Source: Haloferax volcanii DS2 (GTDB lineage Archaea; Halobacteriota; Halobacteria; Halobacteriales; Haloferacaceae). From it: 32,000 nt of DNA. The translations under genes and the position numbers were made by a program. This document shows positions 1 to 7,685 of this stretch, in pieces; the stretch's first letter is position 1, and the number at the start of each line of letters is the position of its first letter. The DNA lies in contig NC_013967.1 in NCBI RefSeq assembly GCF_000025685.1, positions 750,001-782,000 of the forward strand. The letters are read 5' to 3'. The notes beneath the pieces are model-generated. The model saw nothing but the letters and a program-made list of their open reading frames with translations, was not told the DNA's origin and did not search any database.

Positions 1-43
1 GACCATCGACTTCGTGAAGGAACACGCGCCCGAGCGACCGTGA
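1..43 (+). CDS. 3' terminus of an upstream CDS entering from the window edge (...TIDFVKEHAPERP*)
   Basis: Frame is open from base 2 to TGA 41-43. The stop overlaps the GTG at 40-42 of the next gene (GTGA junction). Thirteen residues are too few to name the product. A methylmalonyl-CoA mutase subunit is only a context guess because a MeaB-type GTPase follows. Confidence 0.3.
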   Translation, partial: TIDFVKEHAPERP

Positions 44-1158
44 CGATGAGTCGGGCGGTCGAATCCGACCTCGTCGAGCGACTCCTCGACGGCGAGCACC
101 GGGCGCTCGCGCGCGCCATCACGAAAATCGAGTCGCAGTCGCCGGGCTACCGGGACATCGTCTCGGAACTCCACGCGCACACGGGCGACGCGTCCGTCGT
201 CGGCATCACGGGCAGTCCGGGGGCCGGCAAATCGACGCTCGTGGACAAACTGGCGAAGTACTACCGCGACCAGGGCGAGACGGTCGGCGTCATCGCCGTG
301 GACCCCTCCTCGCCGTACACCGGCGGGGCCGTCCTCGGCGACCGCATCCGCATGGCCTCGAACGTCGGTGACATGGACGTGTTCTTCCGGTCGATGAGCG
401 CTCGCGGCCAGCTCGGCGGCCTCTCGACCGCCACCGCGGACGCCGTGAAGGCGCTCGACGCCTTCGGGAAAGACCGCATCATCATCGAGACGGTCGGCGC
501 GGGGCAAAACGAGGTGGACGTGGTGAAGACCGCCGACACGGTCGTCGTCCTCGTCCAACCCGGCAGCGGCGACGACGTGCAGATGCTCAAGGCGGGCATC
601 CTCGAAATCGGTGACGTGTTCGTCGTCAACAAGGCCGACATGGAGGGCGCATCGCGTACCGTCGCAGAGTTACAGGAGATGATTCACCTCCGCGACGACC
701 CGCGGGCGAACCTCGATACGGGCCACCACGGGGCCGCGGCGTTCGACGACGGCCACGGCGGCGGTCACGGCGGGCACGCGGACGCGAGCGACGCCGAAAG
801 CGACGCCGAGGGTGACCCTTCCAACGCCGACGAACCCCTCGTCTGGACGCCGCAAGTCCTCGAAACGGTCGCCACGACCGGCGAGGGAATCGACGAGTTG
901 GTCGAGACGCTGGACGACCACCGCGACTACCTCGACGCCTCCGGCGAACTGGCCGAGAAGGCCCGCAAACGCGCGGGCGAGGAGATTCGACAGCACCTCC
1001 GAAGCGACGTGAACCGGCTCCTCGAAGCCGAACTCGACCGACGCGGCGGAGTCGAAGAGTTCGCTCAGGCCGTCGTCGAAAAGGAGACCGACCCCTACGC
1101 GGTCGCTGAAGACGTGCTCGAACCGCTCCGGGAGTGTCTGGACGACCGAGCCGACTGA
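40..1158 (+). CDS. meaB: MeaB/ArgK-type G3E GTPase (methylmalonyl-CoA mutase accessory protein) with a His/Gly/Asp-rich insertion
   Basis: Walker A GSPGAGKST, G3 IIETVGAGQ, G4 NKAD, and C-terminal W-TP-V..T.A.TGEGIDEL plus a helical dimerisation tail. GTG 40 overlaps the upstream stop; an alternative ATG lies at 46. Confidence 0.9.
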   Translation: MTMSRAVESDLVERLLDGEHRALARAITKIESQSPGYRDIVSELHAHTGDASVVGITGSPGAGKSTLVDKLAKYYRDQGETVGVIAVDPSSPYTGGAVLGDRIRMASNVGDMDVFFRSMSARGQLGGLSTATADAVKALDAFGKDRIIIETVGAGQNEVDVVKTADTVVVLVQPGSGDDVQMLKAGILEIGDVFVVNKADMEGASRTVAELQEMIHLRDDPRANLDTGHHGAAAFDDGHGGGHGGHADASDAESDAEGDPSNADEPLVWTPQVLETVATTGEGIDELVETLDDHRDYLDASGELAEKARKRAGEEIRQHLRSDVNRLLEAELDRRGGVEEFAQAVVEKETDPYAVAEDVLEPLRECLDDRAD

Positions 1159-1214
1159 GCCGACCGAGGCCAAGACGACGTTTGCCCCGCCCACCATCCC
1201 GCCACGGGCGGGCG

Positions 1215-1220
1215 AATTAA
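1215..1220 (+). promoter_or_regulatory. putative TATA box (AATTAA) for a leaderless hydrolase transcript
   Basis: AT-rich hexamer in otherwise GC-rich DNA, centred about 28 bp upstream of ATG 1246. This is the spacing typical of haloarchaeal leaderless genes. Confidence 0.35.
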
Positions 1221-1245
1221 GGCCACCGCGCGCTATCTACGTGAC

Positions 1246-2172
1246 ATGAAGCTCCGACGAGCCATCGGACTGGCCGCCGCCGGCGTCGGCCTCACCGCCG
1301 CGGCCAACGCGGCCCTCTCGAAGCGCGTTGAACCCCTCGAACCGCCGCTGTCCGGGTCGCACGGGACGTATCGCTGGCGCGGCATGGACGTGTCGTACGT
1401 CGAGGCCGGGAGCGAAGACGACCCGACGCTCGTCTGCCTCCACGGTATCAACGCCGCGGGGTCGTCCGGCGAGTTCCGCGAGGTGTTTTCGACGCTCGCC
1501 GAGGACTACCACGTCGTCGCGCCCGACCTCCCCGGGTTCGGCCTGTCGGACCGCCCGGCGCTGTACTACTCGCCCGCGCTCTACGAGGACTTCGCCGGCG
1601 ACTTCCTCGCGGAGTACGACGACCCCGCGGTGCTCGCCTCGTCGCTCACCGCGGCCTATGCCGTCGCCGCCGCGGAGCGGGACGACGTGTCCGTCTCGCG
1701 GTTCGTCCTCGTCTGTCCCACGTCGCGCGGCGGCCCCGACCCGAAGGAGTGGCTCCGCGAACTCGTCCGCGCGCCGGTCGTCGGCGAGGCGCTGTTCAAC
1801 GTCGTCGCCTCCCGGCCGTCGATTCGCTACTTCAACGCCGATCACGGCTACTACGACCCCGAGAAAGCCGGCGAGGAGTGGCAGGAGTACGAGTGGCGCA
1901 CGGCTCATCAGGAGGGCGCGCGCTTCGCGCCGGCGTCGTTCATCTCCGGCTACCTCAACACCGACATCGACCTCGGCGGGGCGCTGGCGGCGCTCGACGT
2001 GCCGACGACGCTCGTCTGGGGTCGCGAGAGCGACATCACGCCGCTGAAGCGGGGCCGCGACCTCGCGGACGCCGCGGACTGCACGCTCGTCGTCTTCGAC
2101 GACGCGATGCTGCTCCCGCACGTCGAGTTCCCGAACGCCTTCGTCGACACCGTCCGCGACGCCCTCGACTGA
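1246..2172 (+). CDS. alpha/beta-fold hydrolase
   Basis: N-terminal hydrophobic segment, HG oxyanion motif (LVCLHGINAAGSS), nucleophile-elbow region LASSLTAAY (non-canonical for GxSxG), and C-terminal D...LLPH acid/His region. Third-position GC is high. Confidence 0.8.
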   Translation: MKLRRAIGLAAAGVGLTAAANAALSKRVEPLEPPLSGSHGTYRWRGMDVSYVEAGSEDDPTLVCLHGINAAGSSGEFREVFSTLAEDYHVVAPDLPGFGLSDRPALYYSPALYEDFAGDFLAEYDDPAVLASSLTAAYAVAAAERDDVSVSRFVLVCPTSRGGPDPKEWLRELVRAPVVGEALFNVVASRPSIRYFNADHGYYDPEKAGEEWQEYEWRTAHQEGARFAPASFISGYLNTDIDLGGALAALDVPTTLVWGRESDITPLKRGRDLADAADCTLVVFDDAMLLPHVEFPNAFVDTVRDALD

Positions 2173-2203
2173 GCGTCGCCGCGGCAATTCAATCACCGAA
2201 CCG

Positions 2204-2347
2204 ATGCTCGACTCCCTCTCGCTGTTCTCGCTGTTTCTGTACGGAGCCATCGTGCTCCTCGCGGCCGGCTTCTGGGCGTGGCTCCTCGGGTCGTACGTCT
2301 TCGGCTGGCGCTCGCCGCTGGAGGCCGTGGAGGCGCGCGACGAGTAA
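2204..2347 (+). CDS. small (47 aa) hydrophobic membrane protein, absent from the ORF track
   Basis: ATG 2204 to TAA 2345-2347 gives MLDSLSLFSLFLYGAIVLLAAGFWAWLLGSYVFGWRSPLEAVEARDE. Nearly every codon ends in G/C, as in the neighbouring real genes. It has one or two TM helices and an acidic tail. Confidence 0.55.
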   Translation: MLDSLSLFSLFLYGAIVLLAAGFWAWLLGSYVFGWRSPLEAVEARDE

Positions 2348-2361
2348 GTGGCCGCGCGGCG

Positions 2362-2742
2362 CTACTCGCTCGCGGGCCGGAACACGACCAACCGCTCGTC
2401 GGTCGTCGCGTTCTCGCCCACGCCGACCGAGACGGTCGTGCCGAGGTCGACCTCGTCGGCGGGGAGGTCGCGGACGACGCCCGTGAGCCTGACGGGGCCG
2501 AACGACGCGACGGCCGTCACGTAGGGCGCTTCGTCTGCGAAGTTCGGCGCGGGGACGTGCACCTCGGTAAAGGTGAGAACCTCGCCCGTCGCCGGGAGCG
2601 GTTCCTCGGTCAACTCGGCCGCGCCGCAGTGCGGACAGGAGCGCCGCGGCGGCAGCGACCCGTGGCCGTCGGGACACGCGAGATAGTACCCCTCGCCGTC
2701 CGCGATTGCGGCCAGCCACTCGTCGTAGCCGGTGTCGGTCAT
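2362..2742 (-). CDS. DUF35 OB-fold / zinc-ribbon protein (thiolase-associated)
   Basis: CPDGH...CPHCG zinc-ribbon followed by an OB-fold-like C-terminus. Its start overlaps the thiolase stop (ATGA at 2739-2742). Confidence 0.85.
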   Translation of the reverse strand: MTDTGYDEWLAAIADGEGYYLACPDGHGSLPPRRSCPHCGAAELTEEPLPATGEVLTFTEVHVPAPNFADEAPYVTAVASFGPVRLTGVVRDLPADEVDLGTTVSVGVGENATTDERLVVFRPASE

Positions 2743-3905
2743 CGGTCCACCTCCAGCACGTGGACGACCGCGCTGGCGACGGTCCCGCCCGCGTTGTGGG
2801 TGACGCCGACTCGAGCGTCGGGGACGGCGTCGCTGTTGCCGTGGTCGCCGCGGAGGAGCTTCGTCATCTCGACGACTTGGGCGGTTCCCGTCGCGCCGAC
2901 GGGGTGACCCTTCGCCTTGAGGCCGCCCGAGAGATTCACCGGGAGGTCTCCGTCGCGGGTCGTCTCGCCGCGGGCGGCCGCGCCGACGCCCTCGCCGTGG
3001 TCGTAGAGGCCGAGCGATTCGAGCGCGAGCACCTCGGCGATGGTGAAGCAGTCGTGGACCTCGGCCACGTCCACGTCGTCGGGGCCGATACCGGCGTCCG
3101 CGTAGGCGGCGTCGGCGGCCTTCGTCGCGGCGGGCGTCCGCGCGAGGTGGGGTCTGTCTTGGAGCGCGGCCTTGTCGCCGCCCTGTCCCGACCCGGTGAC
3201 GGAGACGGGCGCGTCGAGCCCGTGTCGCTCGGCGTAGTCGTCGCTGACGAGGACGACCGCGCTCGCGCCGTCGGTGATGGGACAGGCGTCGTAGAGGGAA
3301 AGCGGGTCTGCGACGACGGGGCTTTCGAGCGCGTCGTCGACCGTGATTTCGCGGTGGAACTGCGCGTAGTCGTTCTGCATCGCGTTGGCGTGGTTCTTCA
3401 CCGCGATGTGCGCGAGGTCTTCGCTGTCGCCGCCGAAGGCGTCGAAGTACGCGCGGGCCATGAGCGCGTACGCGCCGGGGAACGTGACGCCCGCGCGGAC
3501 CTCGAACAGTTCGTCCGCGGCGATGGCGAGCGACTGGGTCACCTCGGCGGTCCCGAGGTTGTTCATGCGCTCCATGCCGCCGGCGAGGACCACGTCGGCC
3601 GCGCCGCTCCGAATCGTCGCGACGGCCTGCCGGAAGGCGACGCCCGCGGAGGCGCAGGCCTGCTCGTAGCGGGTCGCGGGGCAGTCGAGGCCGGCGGCCT
3701 CGGCCATGACCGGCCCCTGATGGCCCTGCTTCTCGGCGAGTTCGCCCATGAAGTTGCCGTAGAAGATTTCCTCGTAGTCGTCGCGGGAGACGCCGGCGTC
3801 CTCGCGGGCGGCGAGGGCGGCCTCCGCGAACAGGTCGCGGCCGGTTCGCTCGGGGTGACTGCCGAACTTCGTCAGTCCGACCCCGGCGATTCGCACGTTA
3901 GTCAT
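2739..3905 (-). CDS. thiolase (acetyl-CoA C-acetyltransferase family, archaeal type)
   Basis: MTNVRIAGVGLTKFG N-terminus, active-site Cys context YEQACASAG, and C-terminal GHPVGATG and HNAGG motifs. The track ORF (to 4076) carries an Arg-rich, non-acidic 57-aa extension, so I place the start at ATG 3905. Confidence 0.9.
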   Translation of the reverse strand: MTNVRIAGVGLTKFGSHPERTGRDLFAEAALAAREDAGVSRDDYEEIFYGNFMGELAEKQGHQGPVMAEAAGLDCPATRYEQACASAGVAFRQAVATIRSGAADVVLAGGMERMNNLGTAEVTQSLAIAADELFEVRAGVTFPGAYALMARAYFDAFGGDSEDLAHIAVKNHANAMQNDYAQFHREITVDDALESPVVADPLSLYDACPITDGASAVVLVSDDYAERHGLDAPVSVTGSGQGGDKAALQDRPHLARTPAATKAADAAYADAGIGPDDVDVAEVHDCFTIAEVLALESLGLYDHGEGVGAAARGETTRDGDLPVNLSGGLKAKGHPVGATGTAQVVEMTKLLRGDHGNSDAVPDARVGVTHNAGGTVASAVVHVLEVDR

Positions 3906-4107
3906 GGATGAACGTACGTGATAGATGGTCCTTGAACCTGCCGCTCGCCCGCGGGCGGAGTCGCGGTTCGGCTCTCGCTCCCCCGCGCTCGCGGCCGCGA
4001 CGCGACGAACCGAGCGTCCCGTCGGTGTCGGCCGATTTCTCCGTCGCGTCACCGCCGCGTTTTCGACCCATCGCAACGGTTACCACGGTCCCGCGAGACG
4101 GTCCACT

Positions 4108-5415
4108 ATGAGTGACTGGATAGGCGACACGTTCACCAGCGAGGTCGGCTGGAACCACTTAGAGCGACTCGTCGACATCGGCAACCGGATGACCGGCTCG
4201 CCCGGCGAGCGCGAGGCGATGGAGGCGACGCGAGACGCCCTCGAACGCGTCGGCGCGCGGAACGCCCGCATCGACCCCTTCGAGATTCAGGGCTGGGAGC
4301 GCGGCGACAGCGCCGTCTACGCCGCCGACACCACGCAGGACTGCATCGCGCTCCCGCGCAGTCCCGCCGGGACCGCGAGCGGCGAACTGGTCGACCTCGG
4401 TTACGGCCTGACCGAGGACTTCGACCGCGACCTCTCGGGGAAGGTCGTCGTCGTCTCCACGACGGTGCCCGACCACTACGACCGCTTCATCCACCGCCGC
4501 GAGAAGTACTACTACGCCGTTGAGGCCGGCGCGGCCGCGTTCGTCTTCGCCAATCACGTTCCCGGTCAACTCCCGCCCACGGGGAGCGTCGGCACCGCCG
4601 ACGCGCCCATCGGTGACATCCCTGCAGTCGGCGTGAGCAAAGAGGTCGGCGCGCGCCTCCGCCGTCGGTTCGACGGCGACGAGGTGACCGTCGACGTGAC
4701 CTGCGAAGCGCCCGCGGCCGAAAGCGGGAACGTCCACGCCGAACTCGGCCCCGACACCGACGAGGAGGTGCTCGTTACGAGCCACCTCGACGCCCACGAC
4801 ATTGCCGAGGGCGCGATGGACAACGGCGCGGGCACCGCGATGGTGGTCGAAGTCGCCCGCGCGCTCGCCGCCCGCGAGGACGAACTCGACACGCGCGTCC
4901 GCTTCGTCTGCTTCGGCGCGGAGGAAGTCGGCCTCGTCGGCTCCGAGTACGAGGCCGAACGCCTCGGCGACGACCGGGCGAACGTGAAAGCCATCGTCAA
5001 CAACGACGGCGTCGTCGCCGGGCGGACGCTCAAGCTCACCACCCACGGCTTCGACGAACTCGAAGCCGCCGCCGAGACCGTCGCCGAGCGGTTCGACCAC
5101 GACGTTTCGACGCTGCCCGAACAGCTCCCGCACAGCGACCACTGGCCGTTCGTCGCCCACGGCGTCCCGGCGTACATGGTCGGCAGCGAAAAGGAGGGCC
5201 GCGGCCGCGGCTGGGGCCACACGCACGCCGACACCATCGAGAAACTGGAGTCGCGGACGCTCCGCGAGCAGGCGATTCTCCTGACCGAACTGACCGTCGA
5301 ACTCGCCGACGCCGACCGCGAGATACCCCACGCAGACCCCGCCGACATCGCGGCCGCGCTCGAAGCCGAAGACCAAGCGGAAGGCATGAAAGTCACCGGC
5401 GACTGGCCGTTCTGA
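4108..5415 (+). CDS. M28-family metallopeptidase (aminopeptidase) with PA domain
   Basis: HLDAHD, DNGAGTA and GAEEVGLVGSE zinc-ligand motifs. The start is placed at MSDWIGDTF (ATG 4108) because the upstream 61 codons of the track ORF are Arg/Ala-rich and atypical. Confidence 0.85.
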   Translation: MSDWIGDTFTSEVGWNHLERLVDIGNRMTGSPGEREAMEATRDALERVGARNARIDPFEIQGWERGDSAVYAADTTQDCIALPRSPAGTASGELVDLGYGLTEDFDRDLSGKVVVVSTTVPDHYDRFIHRREKYYYAVEAGAAAFVFANHVPGQLPPTGSVGTADAPIGDIPAVGVSKEVGARLRRRFDGDEVTVDVTCEAPAAESGNVHAELGPDTDEEVLVTSHLDAHDIAEGAMDNGAGTAMVVEVARALAAREDELDTRVRFVCFGAEEVGLVGSEYEAERLGDDRANVKAIVNNDGVVAGRTLKLTTHGFDELEAAAETVAERFDHDVSTLPEQLPHSDHWPFVAHGVPAYMVGSEKEGRGRGWGHTHADTIEKLESRTLREQAILLTELTVELADADREIPHADPADIAAALEAEDQAEGMKVTGDWPF

Positions 5416-5497
5416 GGCGCCGGCGACGCACAGCACCCGTCCGGCCCGCCCGACCGCCCGGCTCGCGCCGCCCACCACCGGACCGAACCACGAGGGC

Positions 5498-5503
5498 TTT
5501 TAT
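5498..5503 (+). promoter_or_regulatory. putative TATA box (TTTTAT)
   Basis: Only AT-rich hexamer in the 5416-5558 spacer. It is centred about 27 bp upstream of ATG 5527 (the mini-uORF), not of the main ATG 5559. Confidence 0.35.
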
Positions 5504-5558
5504 TCGCCGCGGCGTAGCACGGGACGATGCTACGGGGGCTCGCCGCGGGTGGACGACG

Positions 5559-6290
5559 ATGAAATTCGGTATCGTCGGTGACGACTCGGTCGCCACCGCC
5601 GTCAGAGCGGCCGGTGCGTCGGTCGAATCGGAGCCGGCCGACGCGGACGCCGTCGTCGCGGTCGGCGAGTCGGCGCTCTCGACGGTCGCGCTCGGCTCCG
5701 AGTGGACGTGTCCGGTCGTCCCCGTCGACTGCGGTGCGCCGTGGGCCACGCCGCGGCGCGACCTCGAAGCGCGGCTGTCCGCGTTCGCCGCGGGCGACGG
5801 CCGGGTCGTCGACCATCCGACGCTCTCGCTCCGCGTCGGCGGCGACGCGGTGGGCCGCGCGCTCCTCGACGCGATGCTCGTCACGAGCGAGCCGGCGCAC
5901 ATCTCCGAGTACGGCGTCGCCCACGCGGAGGCGGCGGTCCCGTTTTCGTCCGACCCGCCCGACGAGTCGCGCGCGGCGGCGCGCTGGACCTCGGTCGACG
6001 AGTTCCGAGCCGACGGCGTCGTCGTCGCCACACCGCTCGGAAGCTCCGGCTACGCGCGCGCCGCTGGCGGCGCGGTCGTCGGCCCGGCCGCCGGGCTCGC
6101 GGTCGTTCCCGTCTCGCCGTACGCGACCCAGACGAACTCGTGGGTTCTCCAACCCCCGGTCAGATTGTCGGTCGAACGCGACGACGCGCCCGTCTCGCTC
6201 GTCGCCGACGACGAGGTCATCCGGGAAGTCTCTCCGTCGGAGTCTGTGGTCGTCGACCGCGACGGAAGCGTCCCGATGCTGGTCGAGTGA
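5559..6290 (+). CDS. ATP-NAD kinase family protein (divergent paralog)
   Basis: C-terminal motif DGVVVATPLGSSGYARAAGG matches the NAD kinase xTPTGSTAY motif. The N-terminal GGDG position reads VGES. Confidence 0.75.
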   Translation: MKFGIVGDDSVATAVRAAGASVESEPADADAVVAVGESALSTVALGSEWTCPVVPVDCGAPWATPRRDLEARLSAFAAGDGRVVDHPTLSLRVGGDAVGRALLDAMLVTSEPAHISEYGVAHAEAAVPFSSDPPDESRAAARWTSVDEFRADGVVVATPLGSSGYARAAGGAVVGPAAGLAVVPVSPYATQTNSWVLQPPVRLSVERDDAPVSLVADDEVIREVSPSESVVVDRDGSVPMLVE

Positions 6291-6372
6291 GCGCCGCGTT
6301 CGACGCGACTGAGCCGTCGAGCCGCGGCGCTCGACGTGACGAAAATACGTGTTCCTCGTGCGCGGTGCGAAG

Positions 6373-6398
6373 CGCGACGCGGAAAAGCGAGCGTCGCG
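6373..6398. terminator. GC-rich hairpin between convergent genes
   Basis: CGCGACGC (6373-6380) and GCGTCGCG (6391-6398) form an 8-bp perfect stem with a 10-nt loop. It lies between the stop of 5559..6290 (+) and the stop of 6402..6845 (-). A terminator function is inferred only. Confidence 0.3.
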
Positions 6399-6401
6399 GG
6401 C

Positions 6402-6845
6402 TTAGACGATGAGGCTCCAGTAGTCCGAGACGAGGAAGAAGAGACTCTGGAACCCGGCGTACAGGAGCACGAGCCCCGCGGCGACGAGCGAGCCGTTCGG
6501 GCGTTCGAGCGGTTTGTCGGTGCGGGCTTCGACCTTGCGCGCTTCGAACTCGAAGAAGTCGGTGACGAACATCCCGACGACCAGCACGGACAGCACCATG
6601 CCGCCGTGCGGCTCGACGACCAAGAAGAGGAACGAGGTCACCACGAGCGCGCCCGAAGTGATCGTGTGCGGGAGATACCGGGAGATGGCCTCCTCACCAC
6701 CCTCCTCGGCCTGCCGGACGTGCGACCGATGGCCGAGAAAACGCGTCGCGAAGTTCGCAAGCACGAGCACGAGCGCCACGTGCGGGACTACCGGTTCGAC
6801 CGCCGCCAACTGGTCGAGCGGGACGAGGAACTGTAATGGGTGCAT
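6402..6845 (-). CDS. hypothetical integral membrane protein (about 4 TM)
   Basis: 147-aa ORF with alternating hydrophobic helices and acidic loops. No recognisable catalytic motif. Confidence 0.65.
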   Translation of the reverse strand: MHPLQFLVPLDQLAAVEPVVPHVALVLVLANFATRFLGHRSHVRQAEEGGEEAISRYLPHTITSGALVVTSFLFLVVEPHGGMVLSVLVVGMFVTDFFEFEARKVEARTDKPLERPNGSLVAAGLVLLYAGFQSLFFLVSDYWSLIV

Positions 6846-6982
6846 ACAGGACCGTCGGGGCGAGACTCATTAGAGTTTTTCCAATCCGACGCGGGAGACC
6901 GCGCCGAGCGCGACCGCTATTCTGAGGGACTTTTCCGCGACGCGAATCGAAATGAGAGGAGCAGAGACGGCGTCGTGTCGGC

Positions 6983-7264
6983 TTACTGCGCGTTGCGGCG
7001 CTCTTGGAGCGCGTCCATGATCTGGTGTCCCGCCGGGATGAGCACCCAGAAGGTGAGCGCGCCGAGGAGTGCGAACCAGAGGAACACGTCCATCAGGGTG
7101 ACGCCGATGATGTTGAACAGTCCCTCGGTCGCACCGGACTCCAGCGGTGCGATGAGCTGTTGGGTGCTCTCGAAGCTGGTCGTCCGGTACCACGACGCCA
7201 GCACCAGCCACGCGAGTCCGGAGCCGGTCAGGATACCCAGACCCTTGATGAATTCGTCAGCCAT
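6983..7264 (-). CDS. small membrane protein (93 aa), last gene of the halocyanin/cytochrome b operon
   Basis: MADEFIKGLGILTGSGLAWLVL...; 2-3 TM helices. Its start overlaps the stop of the upstream gene by 8 nt (7257-7264). Confidence 0.7.
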   Translation of the reverse strand: MADEFIKGLGILTGSGLAWLVLASWYRTTSFESTQQLIAPLESGATEGLFNIIGVTLMDVFLWFALLGALTFWVLIPAGHQIMDALQERRNAQ

Positions 7265-7646
7265 TGTTCGAGTCTTCGCCGGAGTCCTCTTGAGACTTTC
7301 CCATTCCTTGGGCGCGAAAGCGAGTGCCGAGCGTGTAGACGACCGCGCCGAACGCGATGATGCTCAGCCCGACGACCGCGAGCGCCGTGCTGAGTAGCCC
7401 GTCTGCGACGCCGATGCCGAGCGCGCCGAGCGCGCCGGCGACGACCGCGCGGAGGGCGCTCACTTGTAGCGTCGCAGCGTCGAGGAAGACGAAGCCGAGG
7501 ACCACGCCCACGACGGCGATGAGCGTCGAAAAGACGGTAATCGTCTTGTAGAGCCGCATGGGAACGACGATGTCGCGCCGGCCGCGGCGTCCGCGCTCCG
7601 TCCCGTCGCTGTCGCCGGTCCGACCGGTTGCGTCGCTATCTGTCAT
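7257..7646 (-). CDS. small membrane protein (129 aa) with acidic/basic N-terminal tail
   Basis: Three predicted TM helices rich in Ala/Gly/Val. It lies 39 nt downstream of the SUIV-like gene on the same strand. Confidence 0.7.
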   Translation of the reverse strand: MTDSDATGRTGDSDGTERGRRGRRDIVVPMRLYKTITVFSTLIAVVGVVLGFVFLDAATLQVSALRAVVAGALGALGIGVADGLLSTALAVVGLSIIAFGAVVYTLGTRFRAQGMGKSQEDSGEDSNNG

Positions 7647-7685
7647 CAGTGACGCTAAGAAGGGACGGTTGGTAGTGGTTCCGCT

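Noticed and set aside
1237-2719. Several overlapping ORFs (1237..2250 -, 1328..2047 +, 1749..2486 +, 2189..2719 -, 2278..2907 +)
   Set aside because: These are alternative frames of the hydrolase and DUF35 loci. They are extremely Arg/Pro/Gly-rich with basic pI, whereas the chosen frames carry recognisable motifs and acidic composition.
2706-3911. 401-aa plus-strand ORF
   Set aside because: It is antisense to the thiolase gene, whose catalytic motifs are clear.
4159-6152. 439-aa and 528-aa minus-strand ORFs, and the 212-aa ORF at 5393..6031
   Set aside because: They are antisense or out of frame relative to the M28 peptidase and NAD-kinase-family genes. They have Arg/Ser/Ala-rich basic compositions atypical of a halophile proteome.
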